DNA of 64,000 nt, taken from NCBI RefSeq assembly GCF_902713615.1, contig NC_052160.1, positions 137,310,737 through 137,374,736 of the forward strand, given 5' to 3'. Made by a program: the position numbers and the translations under genes. This DNA is from Scyliorhinus canicula. Taxonomy: Eukaryota. The notes beneath the pieces are model-generated. The model was given only the letters and a program-made list of their open reading frames with translations. It did not search any database and was not told the origin of the DNA. This document shows positions 49,155-61,380 of the stretch, in pieces; the first letter of the stretch is position 1; the number at the start of each line of letters is the position of its first letter.

Positions 49155-50544
49155 TCCTGAAACTGCTCCACTTCTTCAGAAGCTTTGTCTCAATTTGTTG
49201 CCATTTGCAGAATTCTGTTCAAAACTGAAGTGTCAATTAATTCATCGTTCTCATTCTCAATGATTCTGATGTTTGTCTTTTCCAGCCACTCAATGATTGC
49301 AGTTCTCACAGCTTCTCCAATGTGGGGAAATGAAGATTCTGGGCTTGCATCAACATTGATGGAATTTTGCCTCCTGATCAAACATTCATTACTCACCAGC
49401 TTTTTTGAAGCATGTTTATTAAGGTTTTACATTTTAGCAAACAACACAACAAAATTACAAAAATGATACATTGCCATAAGCAAAGAAAGCTTCAGCGTCC
49501 ATGAATACGGAGGGGGACAGGAGAACAACATGAGAACTGGCTGGATATAATCATTGGACATAGCTAGGTCTCTCTGCAGCCCAACCAAAGACCAAGAGAG
49601 AAACAAGATGAGGCCATGAAAAGATGGGAAAATGGTGCGCACGTTCCCACACTGCGCCTGCTCACAATTACCGCGGGAGTTCAGGATAAATTATCTCCGC
49701 CATGTTCAATCACGCACCAATATGTTTCTTCCTCAACTTGAGCAGCACCAACGACACATCACAGCTTCCTCTCCTCGGATAGCAAACCCGCCTGCACACA
49801 TGCAGGAACCAATCACGGATTCTTCGTACCCACCCTGACAACTAAAAACAAGGAAAATACCTGGAATCCCCAGTTCTACAGGGAGTTGCATGTATACCAC
49901 ACAGTGCAACTTGACCCCAATCTCAGACCCAATACAGAACAAATGGTCCGTAATTTCCTGCCAGCAGTGGGCAGCCGCGGGGTCACCGATTTTGAAAGTG
50001 AAATCTGCACAGCTTCCTGAACTCCGGTGATGCATCCAACCTTCCTTCCTCGCCGGCAGCCTGGGGGCCTCCAGCGGCCTGGACTGCACAGGCTCCAGCG
50101 CAGCGCAGGAGCAGTGCAGCCCTTGTGACACCGCCAGCTGGGGAACGCCCAATGAGGGCAGGCATTTAAATAGCAGCTTTAGTTAGAAAACAACAGGCAA
50201 CTATTTTAACAAGTGTTTTAACAAGTATATAGACTGCTCTTAACAGTTATTTTTGCTCTGTCTTTTAAACAGGCAATACTGTTGTTGTTGAGTCCTTTAA
50301 AATAATTTTTAATCTTAATTTTTATGATTATAGGTGCTCATTGATAAGTGAACAAAGGTTTGGCTATTTGTTTTAAATCTCTGAAACCATTTAATCTAAC
50401 TATAATATTATATAATTTTGCATGCAGCATACTTAAAAAGTTTGTATGTTTTAATTTAAGTTATGGTGATAAAATTTGAAAAGCGCCCCAGGCTTTGTGC
50501 TGTCACTGTCCTTGTAACATCTGATTTTTTTTGATTAGTGCTTA

Positions 50545-50750
50545 TAGGATTCCCGCAGTGCAGAAGAAAGCCATTCGGCCCATAAAGTCCATACTGACAC
50601 TCCGAAAGAGCACCCTATCAAAGCTCAGGCTCTATCACCATGATGCCATCTAACAGTTGGACACTAAGGATCAATTTAGCATGACCAATCCACCTAACCT
50701 GCACACCTTTGGACTGTGGGAAGAAACCAGAGCACTCAGAGGAAACAATG
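50545..50750 (-). mobile_element. Degenerate HE1-type SINE, head-to-head with a partial + copy at about 50775-50900
   Basis: ccaatccacctaacctgcacacctttggactgtgggaag block. Confidence 0.75.
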
Positions 50751-50904
50751 GTTGCACCATGGTACAGTGGGTAGCGTACAGTGGGTAGCACTGCTGCCTC
50801 TAAGTGCCAGGGACCCGGGTTCAATTCCAGCCTTGGGTGTGGACTTTGTACATTCTCCCCGTACGTGGGTTTCCTCTCGGTGCTCTGGTTCCCCCAGTCT
50901 TGTC

Positions 50905-51675
50905 GGGTTCTGGACAGCCTTCTTCGAGGCTATGTCCAAGGTGGTGGGGGTGAGGGTGGAGTCATGCCCGAGAGTGGCAGACTTCGGGGTCTCAGAACAG
51001 ACCAGATCTATTCCTGGGGAGGAGGGCCGACGCCCTTGCCTTTGCCTCCCTAATCGCCCGCCGGAGAATCTTATTTGGCGGGCGATCAGCAGCACCACCC
51101 AATGCTGCAAACTGGCAGTCTGACCTATCGGAAATTTCTCCAGATGGAGAAAATGAAATTCGCCATCCGGGGGGGTCGGAAGAAGGCTTCCACAAAACGT
51201 GGGAGCCATTCACTCAGCTGTTCCAAGACCTGTTTGCACCCAACAGCCAGTAAACCAGAGGGAGCTGAAAGCCACAACACAAGAACGAATGCCAATGAAA
51301 GTGGGGGGAGGGGGGCGTACAAAGAAACATAGTGCCCAAGCAAGATCAGTAAATAACAAAACACACGGCGTCACACCAACCATACGGGGACAAAATATAG
51401 GAGCTAAAGAGGAAAGAGGGCACTGCAGATGACCAGAAGGGGAGGGGGGTTGAGAAGAAAGTTTGGGGGGGGGGGGGCAGAGAAAGTGAGGGACCCGGCT
51501 GGGAATGAACAGCAAATGGAGTACGTGAAACAAGAAGCTACAACCGATGTAAAGAATAAAGGACGAGAATGTATATATAATTTTTCTTTGGTTTTCTGTT
51601 GTTTTCAATGTATATTCACAGTTGCCTTTGTCTTGTATAGCTTAAATTTTTAAATAAAAATATTTAGAAAAAAAT
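50905..51675 (+). mobile_element. 3' fragment of the same L1-like family as 38027-43190
   Basis: Homologous to the reverse complement of about 38180-38520 (RWR.ADFGVSE; KMKFAIRG); ends with aataaaaatattt and an A-rich tail. Confidence 0.8.
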
Positions 51676-51734
51676 AAACAAATACAAAACTTTGAAACCA
51701 GTTACCATTTAATTTAACGTTTAACTTTAGCAGC

Positions 51735-51978
51735 TGGGGCAGCACGGTGGCCAAGTGGTTAGCATAACCGCCTCACGGCGCTGAGGTCCCAGGTTCGATC
51801 CCGGCTCTGGGTCACTGTCTGTGTGGAGTTTGCACATTCTCCCCGTGTCTGCGTGGGTTTCGCCCCCACAACCCAAAAATGTGCAGAGTAGGTGGATTGG
51901 CCACGCTAAATTGCCCCTTAATTGGAAAAAATAATTGGGTAATCTAAATTTTTAAAAAAAAAAAAAAAAAAAAAAAAC
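51735..51978 (+). mobile_element. Short SINE with HE1-type head and poly(A) tail
   Basis: Same family as 20096-20322, with a long poly(A). Confidence 0.9.
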
Positions 51979-52169
51979 TTTAGCAGCTGAACGGTGACAT
52001 AAAACTGCCTCGACTTTAACAAATTTCTTGCAATAAAATATATTTTCTCAGCGGTCCTGTCTATGTGTAAAGGGAAGGGAGAGAAGGTGGGAGGAACGGA
52101 AGAGGAGGGGAAGGGGAGGGTTTTTACAATTGTTAATTGACAAGCTCAACGTCCGAAAGCAGCAGCTGC

Positions 52170-53000
52170 TGAAGCACAGTGCCCTGACACACATCTCCTC
52201 TGACATCATTTCGGGACGTCCTTTTGCAGTACACTCTTCAGGGTGGGTGATTGATTTGTTGCAATACCTGTCAGACAGATAGTTCACATTAGCTTACAGG
52301 AGGCTTGCATATATCAACTAAAACTTTGTTGAAGCATCTGAAGTAATCACTGAGGCTTCTAAAGATGAATATTACATTTGGGAGACTCGTAAACAACTCA
52401 TCTTAAAATACATTGCAAAATCCAAATGTACTTTAGCTCTGAATCAGCTGGGAGGACAGGCAAGCTAACATTAACTATGCAAGTGATTCCGAGGGGCTGG
52501 TTTAGCACAGTGGGCTTAACAGCTGGCTTACAAAGCAGAACAATGCCAGCACTGCGGGTTCAATTCCGTACCTGCCTCCCTGAACAGGCGCCGGAGTGTG
52601 GCAACTAGGGACTTTTCACAGTAACTTAATTGAAGCCTACTTGTGACAATAAGTGATTATTATCAGTGTCCTTGAAGGAGTCAATAGCACGAGTATCGAG
52701 GCAATGAGCACCCGAAACCAACTCCACTGGACAGTCCAAATGCTTAGTATGTCAGACTAACGACTGCCAAAGCAAATCTTCTTCACCATTTCAAGGAAGG
52801 ATCCTGAGCAAGAGGAGGACAAACAAGCTCTTCAAAGGCACCTTGTAGGTTTACCTCATGAAATGGAACATAGACGTCATTGCCTGGGAGACCTATGCTC
52901 AGAAGAGACCAATTTGGAGGAACCTCCTGATTGAAGGTCATAATTCTCCGAGAGCACCCGCTGGGAAGAGGAGGCCCGGAAAAGGCGCCTGAGGAAGGAT
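52170..53000. mobile_element. Second copy of the Harbinger(-)/RTE(+) composite, interrupted by a SINE (52493-52663)
   Basis: Colinear with 12050-12780, including the junction sequence gcaatacctgtcaga.agatagttcacattagctta. Confidence 0.75.
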
Positions 53001-53291
53001 TACCCGCGACTTAGTGACCAAGCACCGATCCCACCTTTTGGAAACTCCTGCCAATTGATTGGTTGAAGATGCGGATCTAGGATTGGGCTCATGAGCTATG
53101 CAAGACCCAAAGAACCCATGGCCAGTGACATAGAGTATCTGAGGAGGACAATCATACTCGTTAGCGAGTGATCATCGCATTCTATCCCTTATAGTTCCTT
53201 CAATGCAATTAATAGCCTCATGACAAACCAAAGTTTCAAAAAAATAATTCTTTCACCTTCTGTGACTTCAAGCTCACTATATACAGTAAAG

Positions 53292-53580
53292 CAGGCATTG
53301 TCAAACTCGGGGGTGCGACCCGCGGGGGGTTGCGGGTGGGTGTCGGGAGGGTCCTGGAGCCGTCCGTCGCGGCGTTCCCGCTCACGGAAATCTGTGCGCA
53401 ACTGCCACAGCAGCCGGCTGCAAGCGGCCTTCAAAATGGCGCCAACATGTAAAGAAAATGCGGCCACACTGCACATGCGTGCCAGATCATCGGAGCGCAA
53501 ACGCATAGTTTTGCACATACGCGCCGATGATCAGGCACACATGCTCTGTGCGGTCGTTTTTTAAAAAAAAACGGCCGAAG
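53292..53580. mobile_element. Possible hAT/Charlie-like element end
   Basis: Starts caggcattgtcaaactc, similar to Charlie-type CAGGGGTGTCAAACT termini; the partner TIR was not seen. Confidence 0.3.
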
Positions 53581-53599
53581 CTTTTTGTTTTACAATTTC

Positions 53600-55195
53600 G
53601 GATTCACTAAAGGGAAATCATGCTGGACAAATCTTTTGGAATTTTTTGAGGATGTGACCAGTAGTGTGAACAAGGGTGAAACAGTGGACGCTCTGTATCC
53701 GGAGGCTTTTGACAAGGTCCCACACACGAGATTAGTGAGCACAATTAAAGGGGCAGCACGGTAGCACAAGTGGATAGCACTGTGGCTTCGCAGCGCCAGG
53801 GTCCCAGGTTCGATTCCCGGCTTGGGTCACTGTCTGTGCGGAGTCTGCACGTTCTCCCCGTGTCTGCGTGGGTTTCCTCCGGGTGCTCCGGTTTCCTCCC
53901 ACAGTCCAAAGACGTGCAGATTAGGTGGATTGGCCATGATAAATTGCCCGTAGTGACCAAAAAGGTTAGGTGGGGTTATTGGGCTATGGGGATAGGGTGG
54001 AAGTGAGGGCTTAAGTGGGTCGGTGCAGACTCGATGGGCTGAACGGTCTCCTTCAGCACTGTCTGTTCTATGTCTATATTCTATGGTATTGGGGGTAATG
54101 TATTGACGTGGATAGAGAACTGGTTGGCAGACAGCAAACAGAGAATGGGAATAAATGGGTCCTTTTCAGAGTGACTAGTGGGGTATCGCAGGGTTCAGTG
54201 CTGGGACCCCAGCTGTTCACAATATACATTAAAGATTTGGGCAAAGGAATTGCATGCAATATCTCCAAATTTGCAGACGACACTGAGCTGGAGGACAGTG
54301 TGTGCTGTGAGGAGGATGTAAAGAGGCTGCAGGGTAACTTGGACAGGCTGGCTGAGTGGGCGAATACTTGGCAAATGCAATACAATGTGGGTAAATGTGA
54401 GGTTATCCACTTTGGTGGCAAAAACAGGAAGGCAGATTATTATCTGAATGGTGGCTGTTGAAGAAAAGGGGAAATGCAACGAGTCCTCGGTGCAATGGTG
54501 GAACAGTCGCTGAAGGATGGCATGAAGTACAGCAGGCGGCGAGGAAAGCTAATGGCATGGTGGCCTTCATAGCGAGAGGAGATGAGTATAGGAGTAGGGA
54601 TGTCCTGCTACAGTTATACAGGGCCTTGGTGAGGCCACACTTTGGGTATTGTGTGCAGCTTTGGTCTCCTAGTTTGAGGAAGGACATTTGTGCTATTGAG
54701 GGTGCCCAGCGAAGGTTCCCCAGACTAATTCCCGGGATGGCAGGACTGACAAATAAAGAAAGACTGGATCGACTGGGCTTGTACTCACTGGAGTTTAGAA
54801 GAATGAGAGTGGATCTCATAGAAACATAAAATCCTGATGGGACTGGACAGACTAGATGCGGGATGAATGTTCCCGATGTTGGGGGCGTCCAGAATTAGGG
54901 GTCACAGCCTAAAAATAAGGGGTCAGCCATTCAGGACTGAGATGAGGAAGAACTTCTTCTCTCAGAGAGTTGTGAGGTTGTGGAATTCTCGACACAGAAA
55001 GCTGTTGGGGCCGGTTCATTGGATATATTCAAGAGGGAGTTGGACATGGTCCTTGCGGCTAAAGGGATCAAGGGGTATGGAGAGAAAGCGGCAGTGGGAT
55101 ACTGAATTTGCATGATCAGCATGATCTTATTGAATGGTACTGCAGGCTTGAAGGGCCACATGGCCTATTCCTGCCCCTATTTCCTATGTTTCTAT
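53600..55195 (+). mobile_element. CR1 LINE RT and 3' end, interrupted by an HE1-type SINE (53750-54083)
   Basis: KGKSCWTNLLEFFEDVT, AFDKVPH, VTSGVSQGSVLGPQLFTIYI and SKFADDTEL; tail ttcctatgtttctatgttt. Confidence 0.93.
53750..54083 (+). mobile_element. HE1-type SINE
   Basis: A and B boxes plus tail. Confidence 0.9.
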
Positions 55196-55476
55196 GTTTC
55201 GATCACATTTGATTGAATTTTTTGAGCACGTGACTAAGTGAGGGTAGAGTAGTTGATGTTGTTTAAATGGATTTAAAGCCTTTGACAAGGTGTCACATGG
55301 GAGACTTATAAAGAAGGCAAATGCATATGGGATACAGGGGAACTTGATAAGGTGGATTCAAAGCTGGCTGAGCTGTAGGAAACAGAGGGTGATGACAGAC
55401 GGCTGCTTCAGTGATTGGAAGCCAGTGTACCACAGGGATCTGTGCTGGGTCCCCTATTATTTGTCATTTATATAAA

Positions 55477-55822
55477 TGGCAGCACGGTAGCATTGTGGAT
55501 AGCACAATGGCTTCACAGCTCCAGGGTCCCAGCTTCGATTCCGGCTTGGGTCACTGTCTGTGCGGAGTCTGCACATCCTCCCCGTGTGTGCGTGGGCGTC
55601 CGCCGGGTGCTCCGGTTTCCTCCCACAGTCCAAAGATGTGCAGGTTAGGTGGATTGGCCATGATAAATTGCCCTTAGTGACCAAAATTGCCCTTAGTGTT
55701 CGGTGGGGTTACTGGGTTATTGGGATAGGGGGAGGCGTTGACCTTGGGTAGGGTGCTCTTTCCAAGAGCCGGTGCAGACTCGATGGGCCGAATGGCCTCT
55801 TTCTGCACTGTAAATTCTATGA
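55477..55822 (+). mobile_element. HE1-type SINE
   Basis: A and B boxes; tail gggccgaatggcctctttctgcactgtaaattctatg. Confidence 0.9.
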
Positions 55823-56353
55823 AATATAAATTACATAGATGACTATGTCAGTAAGTTTGCGGATGGCACAAAATAGGCCGGATGATTAACAGTGAGGCTG
55901 GGAGTCGGGTTACCGGAAGATATGGACAGAATGGTCAAATGGGCAGAAAGTGGCAGAAGAAATTTAATCCTGAAAAGGTGTGAGCTGTTAAACTTTGGAA
56001 GGAGCAATTTGACAAGGAAATATTCAATGAATGGCACCACACTGGGAAGTCCTGAGGAACAAAGAGACTTTGCCGTGTTTGTAAATAGATCTCTGAAGGC
56101 AGAAGGGCAGGTTAATAGGGGGTGAAAGAAGCATTTGGGACACTTGCCTTTATCAATTGTGGCAGAGATTACTAAAGCAGGGAGGTCATATTGGGAGTTA
56201 TATAGAACTTTTGGTGAGGCCACAGCTGGAGTACTGTGTGCAGATATGGTCGCCACATTATAAGAAGGATGTGATTGCACTGGAGGGGGTGCAGAGGAGA
56301 TTCACCAGGATATTCCCTGGGTTGGAGCATTTTAGTTATGAAGAGAGGTTGGA

Positions 56354-56745
56354 TGTCTTGTGTTGCAACTGGATGCAGCTTAAACCAAAAGATACTCCAG
56401 ACCTTGAAGTTAGTTCAATCTGATTTATTGAACCAGTAGCACAGTTAGCACAGTTCACTATGAGTTCGACTCTCTGCTAACCTAAGTGTGGTTACTCTGT
56501 CTGACTGAACCAGACTAGCTCTTAGCCATGTGCTGGAGGTGTGATACTGTACATACACCCTGACTCACTCTGTAGATATTCATCAGTGGAAAGAGGCGGA
56601 GTGTGAGGGCCTTGTGCCTTTTATAGTGAGATACCACCCCTGAGTGTCCTGCCTGCTCATTGGTCATGTCCTGTTCTCTGTGTTCATTAGCTGCCTGTCT
56701 GTACCTGTCTGCATATCATTATCTGCATGTCTGCATATCATGACA
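56354..56745 (-). mobile_element. Solo LTR, same family as 7432-7842
   Basis: Near-identical by eye to 7465-7842; ends catgaca. Confidence 0.85.
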
Positions 56746-57999
56746 AGGTAGGCTTCAGTTGTTTTCATTGGAACAGAAGAGACTGAAGGGCAACCTGATT
56801 ATGGTTGACGACCAATGTAAAAAAAGACTTGAACTCTGAAAACAATGGTTTCAAAGTTGTTGCACCTCATGGCGGTTTAACTGCAAGAAAAATGTGTTGC
56901 TATTCTCAAGGTTGGTGTGTGACAGAAACATGTGAATATGTACAATAGGTGCTAATTACTAAATGAAGGGTTGTGTTTGCAACTGGGAGAAGAAGCTCTG
57001 CTTTGCTACAGGGTTTGTTGGAGGTAAACATCATGAATGTTGATCCATTATTGGGCTCCATGTGATACAGGTGGAAGAAACAGTGAACAGGAGAACAGGC
57101 TTCATACGAAGCACACCGTGAGTAATTCATCCCAGACACAGTATTCACTAAACTGGATGGAATCGAATGAATCATAAAGCAAAGGGAAGGCCGTAACTGA
57201 GTGAAAATGAATGGATTCAACTCCCCTGTCAGAAAAACCTGCGAGGCTTAAGCTTCATACGAAGACAACGCTGCTTGTAACTGCGCACCACCCTGTACTG
57301 AGCTGAGAAAGGATAACATATTGTCCTGAGCATGGGTTTCTAATGGGAGTGTGGTCCCTGATGGCCTGGCATTACAGTAAGGGGTGAGCCTGCCCCCACA
57401 TGGCTGATGGGGCTTGAGGCCAAAGGTCAGTGTGGGAAAACCCATTTCCAGAAACTGCCAGCCAACCCAATGGCCCAAAGCCTTCTGGCCCCAGTGGCGC
57501 CAAAAGGAATGGTGGCCTTTGATGGAACTGCAGCAAGTTAGGGCTGGGTTGGTTTGACAGTGGAACGGAAGTCATCTCGATCGACACAGGGCTCGAAAAA
57601 GAGGATCAACGTGTAAACAATGTGTTATTCACCAGGCTCACTCACCACCAACTACACAACTCCATGCCACGGGGCGTTGAGCACACCTATCCTCACCTGG
57701 GAACTGAATCTTCCTCCCAGTTACTCAGTCACAATTTCCATACAGCCAGAGTCGTCTCTCTGAGAATTGAGAACCTTTTCTGCCTGAAATCTGCCTCACA
57801 GCCTGTTTGTGGATCTGGTGAGTAGAGTAAAGGGTGTTCATCTACCGCACATCCAGGAGCTCAGATCTCCTCATCCTGACAGAATTGTTGCTCAGCGCGA
57901 CTAACAAGATTCACATGAAGCAAACAAAAACAAAATATGAATAAAGCTCTGTTTCGTTAGAGAAATAATTCTGAGCAGGAAAAAAGTACTTGTTTTATT

Positions 58000-58208
58000 A
58001 ATCATAAACTTTTATTGTCACAAATAGGCTTACATTAACACTGCAAAGAAGATCCTGCAAAAAGTCCCTAGTTTCCACAATCCGGCACCTGCTCAGGTAC
58101 ACAGAAGGAGAATTCAGAATTCTCAGCTATTACTGGAATTGAACCTGCGCTGCTGGTCTTGTTCTGCATCACAAACCAGCTATCTAGCCCACTGAGCTAA
58201 ACCAGCCC
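58000..58208 (-). mobile_element. Short tRNA-derived SINE (family of 6080-6269)
   Basis: ttattgtcacaaataggcttacattaacactgca tail; head ends aaaccagccc. Confidence 0.75.
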
Positions 58209-58368
58209 TGCTTCCAGAGGCGTTCATGGGATCTTGATAACAATGGAGGAGGGCCTGTTCTAACTCACCCCCCAATTAATTATAAAACTTAGCCTGGGTC
58301 AATATTACCCATTGATTCGGAGATTTTAACACCTTGGTTTCAGAATTTTACATACTGTCAGAGATGTT

Positions 58369-59038
58369 GGGTGGGATTCACTGTCGGCCAACGGCGAAAT
58401 TGCAATTGGGCAAAGAATAGCCTCCGATCCAAAATTGCGGTAGGTGCTGGCTTGACGCCAAATCGGCACCCCGAAAATGGCGTAAATGCGTCACTCGTCG
58501 CCCGGCTTTTAAGCACCGTTGGCACATCATTAGCGGGCCTGACCGTCCATTCTCCGGGGCCTCCGGTATTCACCGGCACTGATGGGCCGGGTTGCTGACG
58601 GGGCGGTTCACTTGCGGTCTCAGCTGTCGGGAACCCGGTGTGGTGGCTGCGGACTGTGCCCCGTGCCACCACAGCCAGCCAGGAGCCGTGTTGCTGGCCG
58701 GGGGAGGGCTTCTGCGAGGGCTGAGGGCACCTGGTGGGGGATGGCCAGGGGGTGGCCAGAGGGTGGCTAGCGGGACAGTATTTGGCAGGTTGGGATCCGC
58801 GCACGGCCAGTGCCATGTTTTACAGCGCGACAGTTGCAGGTCTTCGCCGTACTCATGCGCGGCCATGGACATGGCCACTCCACAGCCGTTATTGTCGTGG
58901 GAGCCGCAAGTTTCACTCGGTGAAGTTGCTGGCCCACCACAGGATCGGTGAGGGTTCAGCGCCGATTTTTCCATCGGAAAACGCTGCAGTTCCCACGCGG
59001 GCATCAGCACTTAGCCTCCAAATCGGAGAATCCAGTCC
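58369..59038. mobile_element. Harbinger-type MITE about 70 bp upstream of the paralog C promoter motifs
   Basis: Ends gggtgggattcac / ggagaatccagtcc; homologous to 31905-32638. Confidence 0.7.
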
Positions 59039-59107
59039 AATTACTTTTATTCTTTTGCTAAATATAACTGACAGACGTTCAAGAAGCCAGATTTTGGGCA
59101 GCCTTAC

Positions 59108-59150
59108 TGTGGTTTTATGACCCGGCTTCCTGTTTTTGTCTTCCTCATTT
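59108..59150 (+). promoter_or_regulatory. Putative RUNX (TGTGGTTT), ETS (GGCTTCCTGT) and PU.1 (CTTCCTCATTT) module, paralog C
   Basis: Motifs lie about 100-140 bp upstream of the ATG; the RUNX and PU.1 motifs are conserved in paralog A. Confidence 0.5.
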
Positions 59151-59247
59151 CAATTCCTTGTACAATTTATACGAGTCACTTATTTCAGTGTGAGAAAGAG
59201 GGGCTGGGTGACTGACGACAAGAACTGATCTGATCTCGAACAAGACC

Positions 59248-59284
59248 ATGCGGATTCTGATTCTTCTTATTTGTTCTCTGCCCG
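59248..59284 (+). CDS. Leader exon of paralog C, MRILILLICSLP, phase-1 donor
   Basis: 37 nt followed by gtgagt; clear homolog of the gene B leader and flanks. Downstream exons were not found in the window. Confidence 0.9.
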
Positions 59285-59305
59285 GTGAGTAACAGCCAGA
59301 GCTGA

Positions 59306-59329
59306 ATATTCAGATAATCAGCGTTAGTT
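59306..59329 (+). promoter_or_regulatory. Conserved intron-1 GATA-containing 24-mer, paralog C
   Basis: Identical to the copies in A and B. Confidence 0.6.
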
Positions 59330-59394
59330 GAATTCTAGTCTACAGGTCATACGGCAGAGATGTTTAAAATATTTGGAGACAGAAACGACACAAA

Positions 59395-59715
59395 AGGAGG
59401 TTTTGTGGTACAGTGGGTAACGTCTCTGTATCTGAGACTGAAGCTCCAGGTTCGAGTCCCACTCCTGCTCTCGATGGGAGTGGAAGGTGTGTTCTCACGG
59501 GGCCATACAGGTTGACTATCAACCTGCAAATCCTCCCAACACACGGTAGGCAGTCAGTAAGAGGGGGAGAGGTTCCCAGGCAGTCATGCTCGATGTGGAG
59601 TGGCGCCCCTCAAGGTTTCAGGCGAGTGACCAGCAAAAGCTAGCTGTTGAAAACAGACAGCCGTATTTGCTTTGTCTGCCTCATGTCTCTCTAGATTTGG
59701 GCAGTCTCCCGGATT
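59395..59715 (+). mobile_element. Old tRNA-derived SINE (family of 6985-7290)
   Basis: A box tggtacagtgg and B box ggttcgagtccc; body blocks shared with 6985-7290. Confidence 0.65.
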
Positions 59716-59977
59716 TAAGGCACAAAATCCTCAGCAAAAATAAATAAATAATATTTGTGATGTATTGTTTCTCCTTGTGAATGTACAATCCCACCATGGA
59801 TATATTTATCAAATAAACTAAACTGCAATATTCATGGTGAAAGGGTAATGAAGGACAAGTAAACTTAAAAAAATCTAGATAGCAACATTTTAAAAATGAA
59901 AGCCATGTTTAATTAGAATATCTTTGTAATATAATCCGATGTCCAATTTATATTGAAGGCTGCTGTGGTAATAATTG

Positions 59978-60150
59978 GGGGCTGGTTTAGCACAGTGGGC
60001 TAAGGCAGCTGACTTGTAATACAGAAGACCAGCAGCGCGGGTTAGATTCCCGTTTCAGCCTCCCCGAACAGGCGCTGGAAGGTGGTGACGAGCGGCTTTT
60101 CACAGTAACTTCATCGAAGCCTATTTGTGACAATAAGCTATTATTATTAT
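59978..60150 (+). mobile_element. Short tRNA-derived SINE (ggggctggtttagcacagtgggct head)
   Basis: Same family as 52493-52663. Confidence 0.85.
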
Positions 60151-61059
60151 CTCGCTCTCAGAACATGTCGCAAGTTTCTCATTGTTTCTGTTGTTTGAAG
60201 TATATGTTAGGCTCGGTCAGTGGCATTGTTCCTCACCGTTGTCGATATTACTCTTCCCAGAAGTAAACTTTTTCATTTCATTGGATTTTGATCTTCACTC
60301 CTGCCCATTTTAATATTAAAAGATTACAGTGGAATGAGATTTTTGGTGATATTGTCACCTCTCCTCCATTTACAGTGAATCTATTTTCTAATAAGTAATG
60401 TTAAACTCCCAGACCAATCCACTCTCACCCTCAACTCTGTTAATTATATTCCATCAAACTTCCCATCTAAGACCACCACTGATGTTATTCTGTGAGAGTG
60501 AATCAAAACTTGAAAGTTTAACTTGAATCACTAGTTGTCAGTGGTTTATATTTGTTTGGAAATATTGTGAGGAACAATCTACAATTGCCTCACACCTGTA
60601 TGCCTTAAGATTTTGATATCATTCCCCATTCTAGTCTGTCCACATGGAAATATTTGAACCCAGCACCCAAATCTTTGAACATATCGGCCACCCGCTGGTC
60701 ACTCTCCTGATGTACAATTGGTGCGCACATTTATCCTTCCTATTGTTTGCTCATTACCTCCGTGTATAAATCCACCCCACTTCTCCTGTTTTCCAGCCTC
60801 TGATTTCTAACCTGTATTCGACCTTACTAAATGCATTACCTCACATTTGTTCGGATTAAACTCCATCTGCCATCTCTCCGCCCAAAGTAAAGGAGAATAT
60901 CACAGATGTACTGCGGGAGGACACCTCAGAGGGCTCATGCAGTGAGGCAATATGGTCGCCACAGTACCAGAAGGGTGTGGAGGCTTTGGAGAGGGTACAC
61001 AAGAGATTTACCAGGACGTTTAAAAAAAAATAATTTATGGGATGTGTGCGTCACTGGTT

Positions 61060-61380
61060 TTGCCAGCATTTATTGCCCATCCCAAGTTGCCCTTCAGCAG
61101 CTGGTAGTGAGTTGCCTTCTTGAACTGCTGCAGTCCATGAGGTGTAGGTACACCCACTGTGCTATTAGGGAGAGAAATCCAGGAGGCTGCCATAGCAACA
61201 GTGGACAAAGTGGTGAGTGACTTGGAGGGGAACCTCCAGTTGGTGGGGTACCCAGCTATCTGCTGCTGTTGTGCTTATAGATGGTAGTGGTCATGGGTTT
61301 GGAAGGTGCTGTCGAAGGAACCTTGGTGAATTACGGCAGTGCATCTTGTTGATGGTACACATGACTGCCACTGTTCATGT
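61060..61380 (-). mobile_element. L2 LINE 3' end
   Basis: Reverse complement carries the tail ggcaacttgggatgggcaataaatgctggc shared with the SINE at 18596-19090. Confidence 0.6.

Larger units (their letters stand above)
55200..56850 (+). mobile_element. Second CR1 LINE RT fragment, interrupted by a SINE (55477-55822) and a solo LTR (56354-56745)
   Basis: AFDKVSHGRL, SVPQGSVLGPLLFVIYIN and [33 protein letters not shown]. Confidence 0.9.

Noticed and set aside
49190-49396. 68-aa minus-strand ORF
   Set aside because: No recognisable domain or exon context.
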